A DNA stretch of 64,000 nt from Eledone cirrhosa (lineage: Eukaryota), in assembly GCA_964016885.1 (NCBI GenBank), contig OZ024745.1:95542001-95606000 (forward strand), written 5' to 3'. The position numbers and the translations under genes were made by a program. Under the pieces are notes generated by a model. That model was given only the letters and a program-made list of their open reading frames with translations, had not been told where the DNA came from and did no database searches. Positions 51,955 through 64,000 of the stretch are shown piece by piece (position 1 is the first letter of the stretch; every line of letters begins with the position of its first letter).

Positions 51955-52328
51955 TCATCATCATCATTATCATCATCACCGTTTTACGTCCGTTCTTCCA
52001 CACTAGCATGGGTTAGACGGGTTGTCCTGTTGTGGGCAGTGTCCGGTCGGCTGACCTTGTCTTGCTCATACGGGAACTGATTCTGGCTTGATTTCTACAG
52101 CTGGATGCCCTTCTTAACACCAACCTCATTTACAGTGAGTGCTGGGTGCTTTTTTTGCCATGGCACCTCCACGACCACTTTTCAGTGGAACGATAGGGAC
52201 CCCAGTCCTATCATCTCATTTCTACAGCTGAGTAAACTGGAGCAACGTGAAATAAAGTGTCTTGCTCAAGGAAACAACACATCATCCGGTCTGATTGCAA
52301 GCCCAATGCTCTAACCACTAAGCCATGT
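51955..52328 (-). mobile_element. SINE family B with an alternative (family-B LINE) 3' end
   Basis: Same head and body, but ends ...ccgtctaacccatgctagtgtggaagaacggacg(gat)n. Confidence 0.82.
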
Positions 52329-53608
52329 ATATAATAAAGGTTGGTCCTTTCAGAAATCACAAGTATCCATTGAGTTAGTGCTTAAGTCAATATTCTACAT
52401 CACTAAGTGGATAAAGAATATACAACTGGATAGGATACTGGCCTATTGCAGATAACTTTGTCAGAAAATCATGATGCTACTTTATTACATCTAGCTCAAC
52501 TGAAGCAATATAGAAGTGTCCAGAACACAACAGACTTACACCCTGAGTAAAAAATCTAGTATTTTATACATGAAACTATTCTATCTATGGGTTCGGTGTG
52601 ACCAACTGGCCTGTACCTCCTCATAACAGTGCCATCTAGTTCCACACTGTAAATGTGGTTGGTGTTATGAAGGGAATCCAGCTGTAAAATCCCTGGCCAA
52701 ATTTACAGTCTCTGCTTTTACTATCTCTTTTCTATTACTCTCTCTTTCACCCCAATCTCTATCTCTCCAACCATACTTTTTCCTGCCTCATCAACTCAGC
52801 TTGGCTCTTCTGCCATTGCTCTGTCTCTTCCATTCACCCTCTTGAATGAATGGAAATGACGTTGAGCTGTTAGTACTTGCAGAGATTCAAAGAAACCTTA
52901 TTAATGATGGAGTCATGATAAAATGTGCCCAGTACACTTTCTCAAGTAGTTGGCAAACATGTAAAGACACCATCAGACCAAGAAGATTTCTTAGCCATGC
53001 TGAGGACATAACAGACATTCTATTGCTAGTGCCATGACAGAACTTACCGAGTACACACTGTGAAGTGGTTGATGTTATAGAAACAATGCAACAATGGAAT
53101 ATATATTTGAGATATGATTATCTCACCTATCTAGAATGGCAGTGACTCTGAATATGAAATGATTAAGATATGACAACCCATCCAACTCATGCCAGCATGA
53201 AAAGTGGACTTAAAATGGTGATAATTAAATCATAATTATTTGAATCATTACTGAAAAACTTAAATTTCCATTTTCTCTTTGTTGGCACCAAATGATGATT
53301 GCCCCCTCCCCCACAGACACATACTCCACCTTTTTCTAAATATCAACTGATGCAAAAGCTATTCATTGTTGTTGCTGAGCAGTTTCAGTTAGGTCTGCTT
53401 ACATAGAAGGAATTGACAAAACAAACCACTTAATAGCTAAAAGTTTGCACTTTAAAAAGAGTAAATCAGTTCAGTGATAAAAATGTTGCTCAAATTTATA
53501 AATCTATAAAGAATGGACAAAAAGAACTACAACTGTCATTTTTGATCTGGAAATAAACACATCAACAAACACATTTTACTAACAACATTAATAAAGTTAA
53601 AATGAATA

Positions 53609-53795
53609 ATTGTTTCTACTTTAGGCACAAGGCCAGCAATTACCCAGTGCATTACTGGTACTTTATTTTATCGACCCCGTAAGGATGAAAGGCAAAGTCA
53701 ACCTCGGCGGGATTTGAACTCAGATCGTAAAGGGACGTAACTATGCTGGAAAGCATGGCGTCCGACCCTCTACCGATACTGCCAATCCACCGCCC
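53609..53795 (-). mobile_element. SINE family A with TSD
   Basis: Flanked by taaaatgaataat at 53598-53610 and 53796-53808. Confidence 0.88.
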
Positions 53796-55079
53796 TAAAA
53801 TGAATAATGACGATCATGAGGAAGTAGAGAATATCAGTTTTTTGTATAAGTATGTAGCTGATGCTGCAAATTATAATAGTGAGAGCTGTGATCAACATCT
53901 GGGTGTCGCTACCTTCCAATATCACCCTGACAATTATCAGATAGCAAATGATGGCTGCAACCTTCAGGCTATAATGTACTTCTAGTGTATTCACTGCAAC
54001 ATTTCACTACATGACAGTCCTGGTGTTAAAAGCAGATTATGAGAGGAATTCTGAATTAATCATACACACAAATGACATTTGCACTACAAACATCAATAAA
54101 CTTTAAACACATTATGGATTTTTTTAATGTCCTCTCACATTAACGCTTGCATAACTAGAAGCTTGCTATATACAGGCAAATGAAATAGTAGATTGTTATT
54201 GCCAAATAAGAGAGAGTGTAAGTGATAGGAGGTGAAGAATCTGGGGGTTTTCAATCAGATGACATTATGTGAGTGTTGCTGGTAAAGATGATATGCACAA
54301 AAATGTTAATTTAAAGTTTACTCAATTTATACATTTCAAATCAATAAATGAAGACATTTTTTTTGCTGCAGTTAAAATTTTCCTGATGCACCTACACTAC
54401 AATATTTTCCATTAACCCATTTATCTAATTGCTTGATTATTTATTTTATTTTATTTTATTTTATTCAGTGCCATTTTACTCAGGGGTGTTGCTACAAATA
54501 TCTCTTCAACAAATCATTGAATGCCAATTTCTCGCAGATACTGCCTCTAGGAGAATTTGAAATCAGAGTTGCGCATTTAGAAAATACCCAATTAAATAGT
54601 GTTGCCACTTCAAATAGTAAGGGGGTGAGCCATTAAGAGATAAGTGTCTTTATTACAAACACAGGACAATGCTGATGACAGGATACAAGCTGTCAAAATC
54701 TGTAAGTAAACACCTTATCAAAATGGACAGCTATCAAGTTAGATAATCATTATTTTAAAAATGTACACATATGAGACTGTTATAAAATTGATTTCTTTCA
54801 AATTCAGTTTCTATAGAGGAATATAGATAATTGAATCAAATCCCAGAAGGGATGAAAAGTAAAGTTAATCTCTGAGGGATTTGAACTCAAGTACATATTT
54901 ATTCTGACAGTCTACCTTTTTATGTTTCAGACAATTTGTTATTCTAAATATCCAATAATATTAATATACCAAATATGCTATGCAAAACTGAAGAATTTGA
55001 ATAAATTGTCATTAAAAAAAAACTAAAAAAAAAAAACTATGCAAATAATGATAACAATAAATTAACAACAATAATAATA

Positions 55080-55114
<35 letters not shown>

Positions 55115-55525
55115 AATAATAAATAAATAAATAAGAAAACACACGGAAATAAATAAATGAATGAAAGATGATCATAAAATAGAACCTGATATATTTGATT
55201 CATAATCTTAATCTCTGCTTTAAAAAATAGATTAAACATGATCTGCTTAAATGGAAATATTAATGTGTCTGTTTACATGTATGTATGTTTATACTGGTAA
55301 CAACAGTTAAAACAACTATAATAATGCATGTACCATACTAAGTCCATGAGTGAATAAATATGTATGAAAACAGCCAAGAAAACAATTTGTATATTATCAA
55401 AATTGACACAATAACTATTCACAGTAAGCTTAAATTGTTGGTTTCAACATGAAAATAGCATTAAACAGAAAGCAGGTTTTATTTAGATAGATATTGCATT
55501 ATGTATGTAAATAGACATACACATA

Positions 55526-55815
55526 TATTTGAATTATGTTTTTGTATGTAACATATTCACATATACATGCACACATATATACATTGGTGAACACACACAG
55601 ACATATACCTCCATATACATATATGTAGCCAATAAAAGACAGAGATAAACATAAAACACACATACAGAGGCACATATAGAGACAGACCTAAATACTCACA
55701 GACACATAGGTTACATATAGGTATATGGAGGTATATGTCTGTGTGTGTTCACCAATGTATGTATGTGTGCATGTATATGTGAATATGTTACATAAAAAAA
55801 CATATAATTCAAATA
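55526..55815. repeat. Inverted repeat (~100-bp arms)
   Basis: 55526-55631 pairs with 55709-55815, including the non-repetitive cattggtgaacac/gtgttcaccaatg. Confidence 0.85.
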
Positions 55816-55939
55816 ATGTATAAACAATATGGGAAATAAATGAAACCTAGTATTTTACAAAAGTAAGATTTGAAAATATGAAGTACAAAATTTTTCTAGT
55901 TGAAAGAGTAAAAATATCTCTATATACAATATAGTTTTG

Positions 55940-56193
55940 TTTGAACATGTGATGCACATGGACAATGATCATTGGGTGAAGAAGTGTCAGTAAATGCCAG
56001 TGGAAGCAAGTCACAGTAAAGGTACACTAAGAAAGACCTGGGCAGAGTTTGTGAGAGCTGACCTCAAATCACTAAGATTCACAGAGGAGATGACAAAAGA
56101 TCATGCTGTGTGGAGAGATGCCGTGCTGAGAAGGACCTGTCCAACCCTTGCAAGTGTGGAGAAGTAGATATAAAAATGATGATAATGATGATG
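55940..56193 (+). mobile_element. RTE LINE family A 3' fragment
   Basis: Collinear with 9270-9514; ends cccttgcaagtgtggagaag...(gat)n. Confidence 0.85.
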
Positions 56194-57445
56194 TAACAAA
56201 AGTAATATAACATAACATAACATGTGTTCATGTTGTTACTGTGTGTAACTTCAGAACATTTGTAAGCAAGCAGAGGATTAGCCAAATGATTAGCTATGAT
56301 ATACAGATCTGTTGTTACAAATATGCCAGCCACATGCCTAACTGATGAATATACTGCATACAGTTAAATGTAGGGCAATGTGTGACAGATTGTACACTGA
56401 TGTTGTTGCAGTTTAGGTCCAGGTCAGCTCTAATTGCACTAGCTCTTGATTGAAGACATTCTGGCTATAACCATCCCATCCTTTTCTAAGAGACAATATT
56501 GGTATCTGGAGCAGATTTAGCTGCTATTTTTTGCCAGTCAAGTCATTATAAAAGCTCCGTTGCTAGTTCATTATACAGCGGTAGCATTTGTGATGGTCAC
56601 AGTGTAAGTAAGAAAGGTGTATTCAGTCAAAATATGACAGTTGTACCTCTGCACTTTAGTGACAGATGTTCAATAGCTTCAAATATTCCTTAATCTTTAA
56701 AGCATTGTCAGCGACAAATTCTGACAATAGAGCAATCTCCCTTAATACATAATGCAGTGTCAAGGGAAACAATACATAAAAAAACTCAGTGTGCTGAAGG
56801 TTAAGTAGATTTATAGTACATGAAGATGAAATCTACAGTAATCCAATTCAATTTGTGATGAGACTTAGAAAATATACATTATCTGGAGTGTAGATATTAC
56901 TAGAATAATTATAGTAGTGTCTATTTTTAGTAGAAGAGAAGAATATATAAATCTAAATATATATATTTTTTAATTTGCTTTAAATAATTGAATTTGTATT
57001 ATTTGTTTTTCTATTTGGCTCAGAATTCTCACATATTCTCAAAATTTGGTGTATATAACTGAATCACATAAACATCACATAAACATCATATAAACATCAT
57101 ATCATAAATCAGACTATATTAACAATTGTAAATTATGTCCTATCTACACATTAGTTGCAATACCATATTGTGAATAGCTAATTAAAACTATATATAGATC
57201 AGGATGTCCTTTGTTCACTTGGGGCGGCCAGTCTGCTGCGGCTGCAGGCTGACCAGCACTTGGACCCCATTTGCTCACAATATTGAGAGATAGGGAAAGT
57301 GGGAGAGATGGAGGCAGTGACTGGGAATTTGGTTCTTTTGTGCTCAGACATGGTGTATATAAATATATGTGTATATCGGAGAGAATAAGACTAACATTAA
57401 AAAGATGTTGCTACCATCTTTTCAAATTGTCTTTTATTACAAATA

Positions 57446-57799
57446 TGGAGGCACATGGCTTAGTGGTTAGAGCATTGGCCTTGCAATCGAAAGGTTGTGA
57501 GTTCAATTCTCAGACCGAGTGATGTGTTGTTTCCTTGAGCAAGACACTTTATTTCACATTACTCCAGTTTACTCAGTTGTAGAAATGAGATGATAGAAAT
57601 GAGATGATAGGGTCCCTATCATTCCACTGCAAAGTGGTCGTGGAGGTGCCACGGCAAAAAAGCACCCAGCACTCACTGTAAATGAGGTTGGTGTTAGGAA
57701 GGGCATCCAGCTGTAGAAATCAAGCCAGAATCAGTTCCCGTCCCACCCTTGCAAGCAGGGAAAAGTGGACGTAAAATGAAATGATGATGAACGATGATA
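57446..57799 (+). mobile_element. tRNA-derived SINE family B with RTE-derived tail
   Basis: A box tggcttagtgg, B box gagttcaattc, central ccttgagcaagacactttatttcacatt, and tail aggaagggcatccagc...cccttgcaagcaggg...(gat)n. Confidence 0.88.
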
Positions 57800-57938
57800 G
57801 TAACAACCAATACTTGTCAATTATTTAACTACAAATAGTATATTTCTTTCAATTACGAAAAATATTTTTCCCCACTTAACTCTAGCTTTTGTAGCATTAA
57901 ATAGTTTGGAGAAAAATGTCCCCTAAAAAGAATGGTTC

Positions 57939-58377
57939 TTTAGGGAGTTGGTCCCAGGGTTACTTACCACCGGATCCCAACTACTAATTTTAATAGAAAG
58001 AAGATATAGAAGAACTTGCATACGATTTCTTTTTGTGAGAATTATCTCTCTCTACATTCGAAGTAATAACTGAGGCATGAAGAGTTTCTCAAAACGAGTA
58101 TCAAAATAACTTGCATTTATTGTAGTCCGTGTATTACAAATGTGGTAACAAAATGTACCTTGTGGCATGACAAGGTGTAATCCTGAATTATAAGATATGG
58201 TTGGAAAAAGCTTAATATATTTGCGCTCGATGTGGTCAGTTTGAGAGCTTGCCACCAAAGAGAGGTAGATCACTTTTTGCTCTATCTTTTATAATTCCTG
58301 AAACGGAAGTTTAAGGAATATCTAGAAATTCAACAGGAAGTAATTCTAGCGACTTCCCTTGTCTAGAGAGCGCTACA
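57939..58377 (-). repeat. 3' LTR
   Basis: Direct repeat of 62845-63293 with scattered substitutions and small indels. Preceded on the minus strand by the PPT. Confidence 0.92.
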
Positions 58378-58390
58378 AGACTCCCCTCTC
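58378..58390 (-). promoter_or_regulatory. Polypurine tract
   Basis: Minus strand GAGAGGGGAGTCT lies directly before the TG of the 3' LTR. Confidence 0.75.
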
Positions 58391-58663
58391 AGATGAGAAG
58401 TCGAATAACCAACTGAAGGTCATTGTAGCGAGAACCCGTAAGAAATGAGGAGCAAAGCAAAAGGTACAAGAAAGTGAAACAAATGTGAATGTAACAAACT
58501 AATAATTCAAAGTTAGTATAAAGGAGCAGAGAAAAATTAATGCTCAATGGTAAGTTCAAAGTTTCTTCAAAATCAAATAGCTCATACATCACCAGTGTAC
58601 AGACTTTTCTGACACTAGTTCTATCTGAAACTGAAAAATGAAGTTTGTTAATGCCACTAGGGG

Positions 58664-61600
58664 TTAAAAGTATATAGTTTTTACTGTTCTGCCACCTCGT
58701 GTGACATAAGGTTGTGCGGTATGTGGTGTTTGCGGTGGAGGTGAAAGTGTTGGTGTGGGAGTGAATGTACGAGGTGTGTCAGGCATTGTAATGAGATGTT
58801 CAGAGAAAGCCTTCTTTGCTCTGTCAATGGATATTGTCTCTTTTCGACCATTGATAGCCACAGTGAAATGTTTTGGTGTGTGCGAAAGCACACGAAAAGG
58901 TCCATTGTAGAGTGACGTAAGCGGTCCCTTGACGGGATCATTCCGTATAAAAATATGTGTCCACGTAGAGATGTCTGATGGAACAGCAGAAGAAATAGAC
59001 TGGTCATGAGGGTTCATTGGTGGAAGAAATACGAACGAATCCTGGTGACATATGATGCTGGATCAAGATGCGATGCATCCACCGGTGCTAACATTTGACC
59101 AGGAAGAGTCAAGATGGTACCATAAAGAAGTTCAGCAGAAGAGAAACCCAAATCTGTCTTAATGGCAGAACGACAACCAAGAAGCACGATTGGCAAAAAT
59201 CCGATCTAACGTTGCGGATCAGGAGTAGCGCGAAGTGCAGCTTTCAACTGTATGTGAAACCTCTCCACCATTCCATTGGAGGCTGGGTGATAGCTGGTCG
59301 TATGAATGTGATGAGCATCCAAAAGTCGTGATATTTCACGAAATAAGGAAGCCTCGAACTGTCGTCCTCCATCCATGGTTATTTTAGAAGGAACACCAAA
59401 GCGAGCAATCCAATTGGAAATGAAAGCTCGGGCATGGCCTCAGGCTACCAAGAAAAACGATCGATATAGGTCAATATATATGTGAACTCACGACTAACGG
59501 GCCACGGACTAACAATTATCCATGCGAATGTGATGGAAACGGGCGTCCGGTGGGCTGAATTTACTCAGAGGAGCGCGAACGTGCCCAACTGGTGATTAAA
59601 CGGCACATATTAGGCCAGAAAAATCGGGCCGTGATGAGCTTCACCTTGGCAGCTATGCCGGGATGCGACAAGGAATGAAGTGCATCAAACATGGTACGTT
59701 GATGACAATCTGGAACGAGCGGTCTGGGTGAGCCAGTAGAAATATCGCAGAGAATTTTCCCTTCAGAAGATGGAAGAGGTAAATAGTCCAATTTGCAGCA
59801 GGAGAACGGGTCAGAAGAAATGTCCAACGAATCCAAAGTAGGTTGGTCAGTTGCCATGGCAACCAAATTGATATGTGCAGGAGATGCAACAGAAAACACA
59901 GAAAGTCGAGATAGTGCGTCCGTGGGTATGTTGGCAGTTCCGGCTATATAATGAATGTCACTGGTGTACTTGGAGATGAGATCCAAATGCCTATATGCTC
60001 TCAGAGAACACCTGTCGGACTTGGATTGGATAGCGAATGTTAGCAGTTTATGATCCATGAATATCGTGAACTCCCGCCCTTCCAAAAAATGGTGGATGTG
60101 CTTCACGGCAAGATAAACTGCCAAAAGTTCTATGTCAAAGGTGCTGTATTTCTGTTCCGTTGGTTTAAGTTGGCGTGAGAAAAATGCCAGTGGTGGTCGA
60201 TCGTATGTTGCAAAACTGCTCCAACAGCATGATTGGATGCATCAACAGTTAAAGAAAGCCTCGCGTTTGCAACAGGATGGGCGAGGAAAGAAACTTCAGC
60301 TATCTCGGACTTGACGGATTCAATAGACTGCAAGGCATTGGCAGAAAGTGAAATAGGAGCATCTTTCTTTTTCGCAGCCTTTAAAAACTGTGTCAAGGGG
60401 AACAACTTGTCTGCTCAGTTAGGAATGAAGTGACGATAAAAGTTATTTAATCCCAAGAAATGACGTAATTGTTTCAGGGAGGTGGGGGTTGCGATAAACT
60501 GAATCGCTTCCACCTTAGATGGCAGAGGTCGAATGCCTTCTGAATCTATAAGATGTCCAAGGAATTCCAGTGAAGCTGTACCAAACACACATTTAGCTGG
60601 GTTGATTCTGACTTGGTACGATCGAAGACGTTGAAATAACTGGGATAGATGTTGATGATGGTGCTCAGCTGATGGCGATCAGGAGATCATCCATGTAAGC
60701 AAACACGAAATCCAATCCACGCGTGACTTCGATAAAATGCTGGAACGTGCTAGAGGCATTCCGCAAACCAAAAGGCATGGACAGAAATTCAAACGAACCA
60801 AAGGGGGTGGTCACAGTTGTTTTTGGTATGTCTTCTGGATTCATGGGTATATGATGGTAAGCCCGTACCAGATCTATTTTAGAAAATATCTTGCATCCAT
60901 GCAGAACGGATGAAAAGTCCTGTAAGTTTGGTAAAGGATAACAATCAGGTGTAGTGATGGCATTAAGTCGTCGATAATCTTCCAACGGCCTGAAATCTGC
61001 TCCACCCTTTCGAGCCAAATGAAGCGTAGATGCCCATGGGCTGGTGGAAGGTCGAATAAGACCGAGCTGAAGCATGTGTTCAAATTCATCTCTGGCTTTC
61101 TTTAGCCTGTCTGGAGCCAACCTCCGTGGACAAGAGAAAACAGGCAGGGCAATTGTAATAAAATGTTGAGTCGAGTGGACTACCTGATTCAGTTTAAATG
61201 AGATGTCAGTTAACTCAGGAAATGAGGCAAGAAGGGAATGAAACTGGTTTCCAGAGGCAGCTATAAAAAATGAGGGACTTATGACAGTAGCAGTAGACCT
61301 ACAAGCAGGTGTAGATAAAGATGTCGTACCATCCACAAGTTTCTGTCTCCTGACATCTACCAACATTGAATAATGGTGTAAAAAATCGGCACCGAGAATA
61401 GGATGAGGTAGGTCCGCAATGACGAAAATCCATTTGAAATCCTGACACAAAGATATTTGACCATATGTTTTCATTGGAGACTGGTTCACTGCGTATAAAG
61501 AAATGCAGGAAAAATTTGGCTTGGTAGAGCTGAACTGTAGAGGCCAAATACTGCAACTAGATCCTGTGTCCACCATAAATGATCTGTTTGAGACTCGGTC

Positions 61601-61680
61601 TCTGATAAAGAAAGCACGATAAGGTGAATTAATGAGGGAGAGGTCTGCTGTGCCCAGACTCTCCAATTTCAGTTTTCCGA
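58664..61680 (-). pseudogene. pol: Gypsy pol (protease, RT, RNase H, integrase), disrupted
   Basis: Motifs: VDTGS (protease); DYRRLN, KIDLVRAYH, MPFGLRNA, YMDD (RT); TVDASNHAVGAVLQ, DHKLL, DALSR (RNase H); HSLSHPG (integrase zinc finger); YNGPFRV (GPY/F). Split by stops, frameshifts and deletions. Confidence 0.92.
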
Positions 61681-62461
61681 GGCTTCGAAAGAGCAGGGCT
61701 GAATACAATGTTTCACCTTTTCACAAAAACGCACGTGATACCAACACAAAGATGAGGTTGGCGCGACGATAAAGCGAAGAAGACTGTCTTTGTGAATGCC
61801 ACCTAGATGGCGTTCGCTTCCGACACAGTTTAGCTACTTCACGAGTTAACGCGTCAATGGCTCTCAACATTGAGTCCTCACGAGGTGAAGCAGGCTGGGT
61901 TTTGAAAGCAGAAGAAGCGCCGACTAAATCTGCCGAAGTAGGCACACGAGAAAATTCCATAATGCGGTCCGCCGAGGCTGCAATTTGTTCGAGAGAACTG
62001 GTGTCGACCATATTTGCCAATATAGTCTGCACATTTGTTGGCAAACGGGAGAAGAATAATTGTTTCATGAAAGAGTTATCCTCTGCTGTTGAGTCGCCTA
62101 TTTCCCGGATGTGCCGTAAAAACTGAGACGGGGTTCTGTCTCCCAGGTTTTCCTCCTCTAACAAAGAACGAAATCTGCTCTCAGATGAGCGGCTGTTCCG
62201 TCTGAGCACTTCTGCCTTTAGGGTTTCATAAGATGTGTCTTGTGGAGGATCTGTAATTATGTCTTTAACTGAGGTTGCCAGCGAAGCAGGAATTCCATTT
62301 ATAAACACATGTAATTTTTCTTGTGCTGCTTGAACGCCGTGAGCAGCAAAATACGAGTCCAGTTGGGCAAACCAGAACTTTGCATCACCAGAATATGCCG
62401 GTAACGAAGAATTGCTCATGATGAACACAGTAGACGCTGAGCAAAAATTATTTTTCCTCAA
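61669..62461 (-). pseudogene. gag: Gypsy gag (frameshifted near the C-terminus)
   Basis: ORF 61721-62461 contains FWFAQLDSYF, LGDRTPSQFLRHIR, FFSRLP and ADRIME. A C-terminal CWYHVRFCEKVKHCIQPC (C-x2-H-x9-C-x3-C) lies in another frame and ends at TGA 61669-61671. Confidence 0.85.
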
Positions 62462-62833
62462 CTACCGCACACGTGGTAGTACCATGAATAGCTGAAGTAT
62501 AATTATAGCACCGAGCAAGTAAGATGGCGACTTAAAAAGCTTGGTTGAACCGAAAACACAAGGGACAAAATTTTTTTATTTTGGTGAAGTATCTCGCTGT
62601 CAACATGGTGATTTGCTTCTTCAATTTTTCTATTTTTCTTGCTCCACACGAACTGACTGAGATAAAACGAACTTTCTAGAGCCGAGAAAAATTCTTTTCT
62701 GTGTCATTGTTGGGGTCACCATTTTAGTGAGTTGTTTAGCAATAGTTTGTGTAGCAATAAATTGTAATAGTGTATGAAAATATGACCACTTTTAGGCGAT
62801 AGTGAATAAATGGATTTGTTTTGCTGCGTGTTT

Positions 62834-62843
62834 GGGGTCACCA
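62834..62843 (-). promoter_or_regulatory. Primer-binding site TGGTGACCCC (complementary to the tRNA-Trp 3' end)
   Basis: Lies 1 nt inside the 5' LTR. Eukaryotic tRNA-Trp ends ...GGGGUCACCA. A second copy is at 62712-62721. Confidence 0.8.
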
Positions 62844-62844
62844 T

Positions 62845-63293
62845 TTTAGGGAGTTGGTCCCAGGGCTACTTACTCCAGTAAGTACCACCGGATCCCAACT
62901 ACTAATTTTTAATAGAAAGAAGATATAGAACTTTCATACAATTTCTTTTTGTGAGAATTATCTCTCTCTACATTCGAAGTAATAACTGAGGCATGAAGAG
63001 TTTCTCAAAACGAGTATCAAAATAACTTGCATTTATTGTAGTCGGTGTATTACAAATGTGGTAACAAAATGTACCCCATGGCATGACAAGGTGTAATCCT
63101 GAATTATAAGATATGGTTGGAAAAAGCTTAACATATTTGTGCTCGATGCGGTCAGTTTGAGAGCTTGCCGCCAAAGAGAGGAAGATCGCTTTTGCTCTAT
63201 CTTTTATAATCCCTGGAACGGAAGTTTAAGGAATATTCTAGAAATTCAACAGGAAGTAACTCTAGCTACTTCCCTTGTCTAGAAAGCGCTACA
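62845..63293 (-). repeat. 5' LTR
   Basis: Direct repeat of 57939-58377. On the minus strand it begins TGTAGCGCT and ends ...CTCCCTAAA, followed by the PBS. Confidence 0.92.
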
Positions 63294-63769
63294 CTTCTTT
63301 ATAAAAGACAACTTTCTCAAAAGTTCTAATATCCATTCCTGACAGATGGATTAAACAATGGATAGAAGTTAGATTTTCCAGCTCAAAGAAAGGTATTTTT
63401 TCAACTTATAGTATTTAAGCTAGTAGATGAATACTTTATCCATTCAGTTGTTGTATCTTTCCAAAAAAAATACAGAAGTTATTATATGTAATTTGAGAGC
63501 TTTATAACTAATATCATATGAGAAACGATACTGGATTTGATTCTTCATACACTGATAATGAAGATAGTTGTTGTCAATAGACAGTCCTAGAGTAGAAATT
63601 TTACTCATTGTTAGCTTTCTAGTAATTTTATCTTATTAACATAGGTATTTAGTGAAAAGAACACATGTATTAAGGATTAAGTCACAATGACTATTCAGGA
63701 TGTTGCAAGTACATTCTCTATATCTACATCCTGTAATAGACATCATTATATATACATATATACATGTAA

Positions 63770-63800
<31 letters not shown>

Positions 63801-63823
63801 TACAGATATATACATATATATAT

Positions 63824-64000
63824 GGAGGCACATGGCTTAGTGGTTAGAGCATTGGCCTTGCAATCGAAAGGTTGTGAGTTCAATTCTCAGACCGGGTGAT
63901 GTGTTGTTTCCTTGAGCAAGACACTTTATTTCACATTGCTCCAGTTTACTCAGCTATAGAAATGAGATGATAGGGACTGGGGTCCCTATCATTCCACTGC
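63824..64000 (+). mobile_element. SINE family B (cut by the window end)
   Basis: Head nearly identical to 57446 onward. Confidence 0.85.

Larger units (their letters stand above)
57939..63293 (-). mobile_element. Full-length decayed Ty3/Gypsy LTR retrotransposon, CsRn1/Kabuki-like
   Basis: Two ~440-450 bp direct LTRs, a tRNA-Trp-type PBS, a PPT, gag with a CHCC motif, and PR-RT-RH-IN order. Flanks gttc (57935-57938) and cttc (63294-63297) look like a 4-bp TSD with one mismatch. Confidence 0.93.

Noticed and set aside
54668-54712. ctgatgacag...ctgtc hammerhead-like string (also ctgatga at ~964, 7237, 45905 and 56342)
   Set aside because: No GAAA core or pairing stem I; CTGATGA alone is expected by chance.
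57200-57355. Short GC-rich patch
   Set aside because: No ORF homology, repeats or structure that I could identify.
57446-57520. tRNA gene
   Set aside because: The A/B boxes belong to a multicopy SINE head that continues into a SINE body; there is no proper cloverleaf or terminator.

Overview
AT-rich, repeat-dominated eukaryotic DNA. The SINE/LINE repertoire and (TA)n/(GAT)n microsatellites point to a coleoid cephalopod, probably an octopus (inference). The only host-gene sequence I can support is a 49-nt minus-strand exon (7689-7737, absent from the ORF track) encoding (W)YKGFMKDCPDGKLTLE, the EF-1 region of a neuronal calcium sensor (NCS-1/frequenin/aplycalcin type). Most of the window is therefore probably intron. 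Transposable elements present: a full-length but decayed CsRn1/Kabuki-like Gypsy LTR retrotransposon (57939-63293, minus); many 5'-truncated RTE LINEs of at least two families; two CRE-clade non-LTR fragments; a decayed hAT transposase; TTAA-targeting piggyBac-like MITEs; a TA-targeting Tc1/mariner-type MITE; and several tRNA-derived SINE families. The most unusual signal is a set of fold-back inverted repeats next to (TA)n tracts. Several contain minimal type-I hammerhead-ribozyme motifs of the Penelope pLTR kind, with unrelated stem sequences, and in two of them each arm carries a different core lesion. No CRISPR array, rRNA or true tRNA gene is supported. Most listed ORFs are TE fragments or microsatellite artefacts. 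All calls are by eye, and the boundaries of degenerate repeats are approximate.
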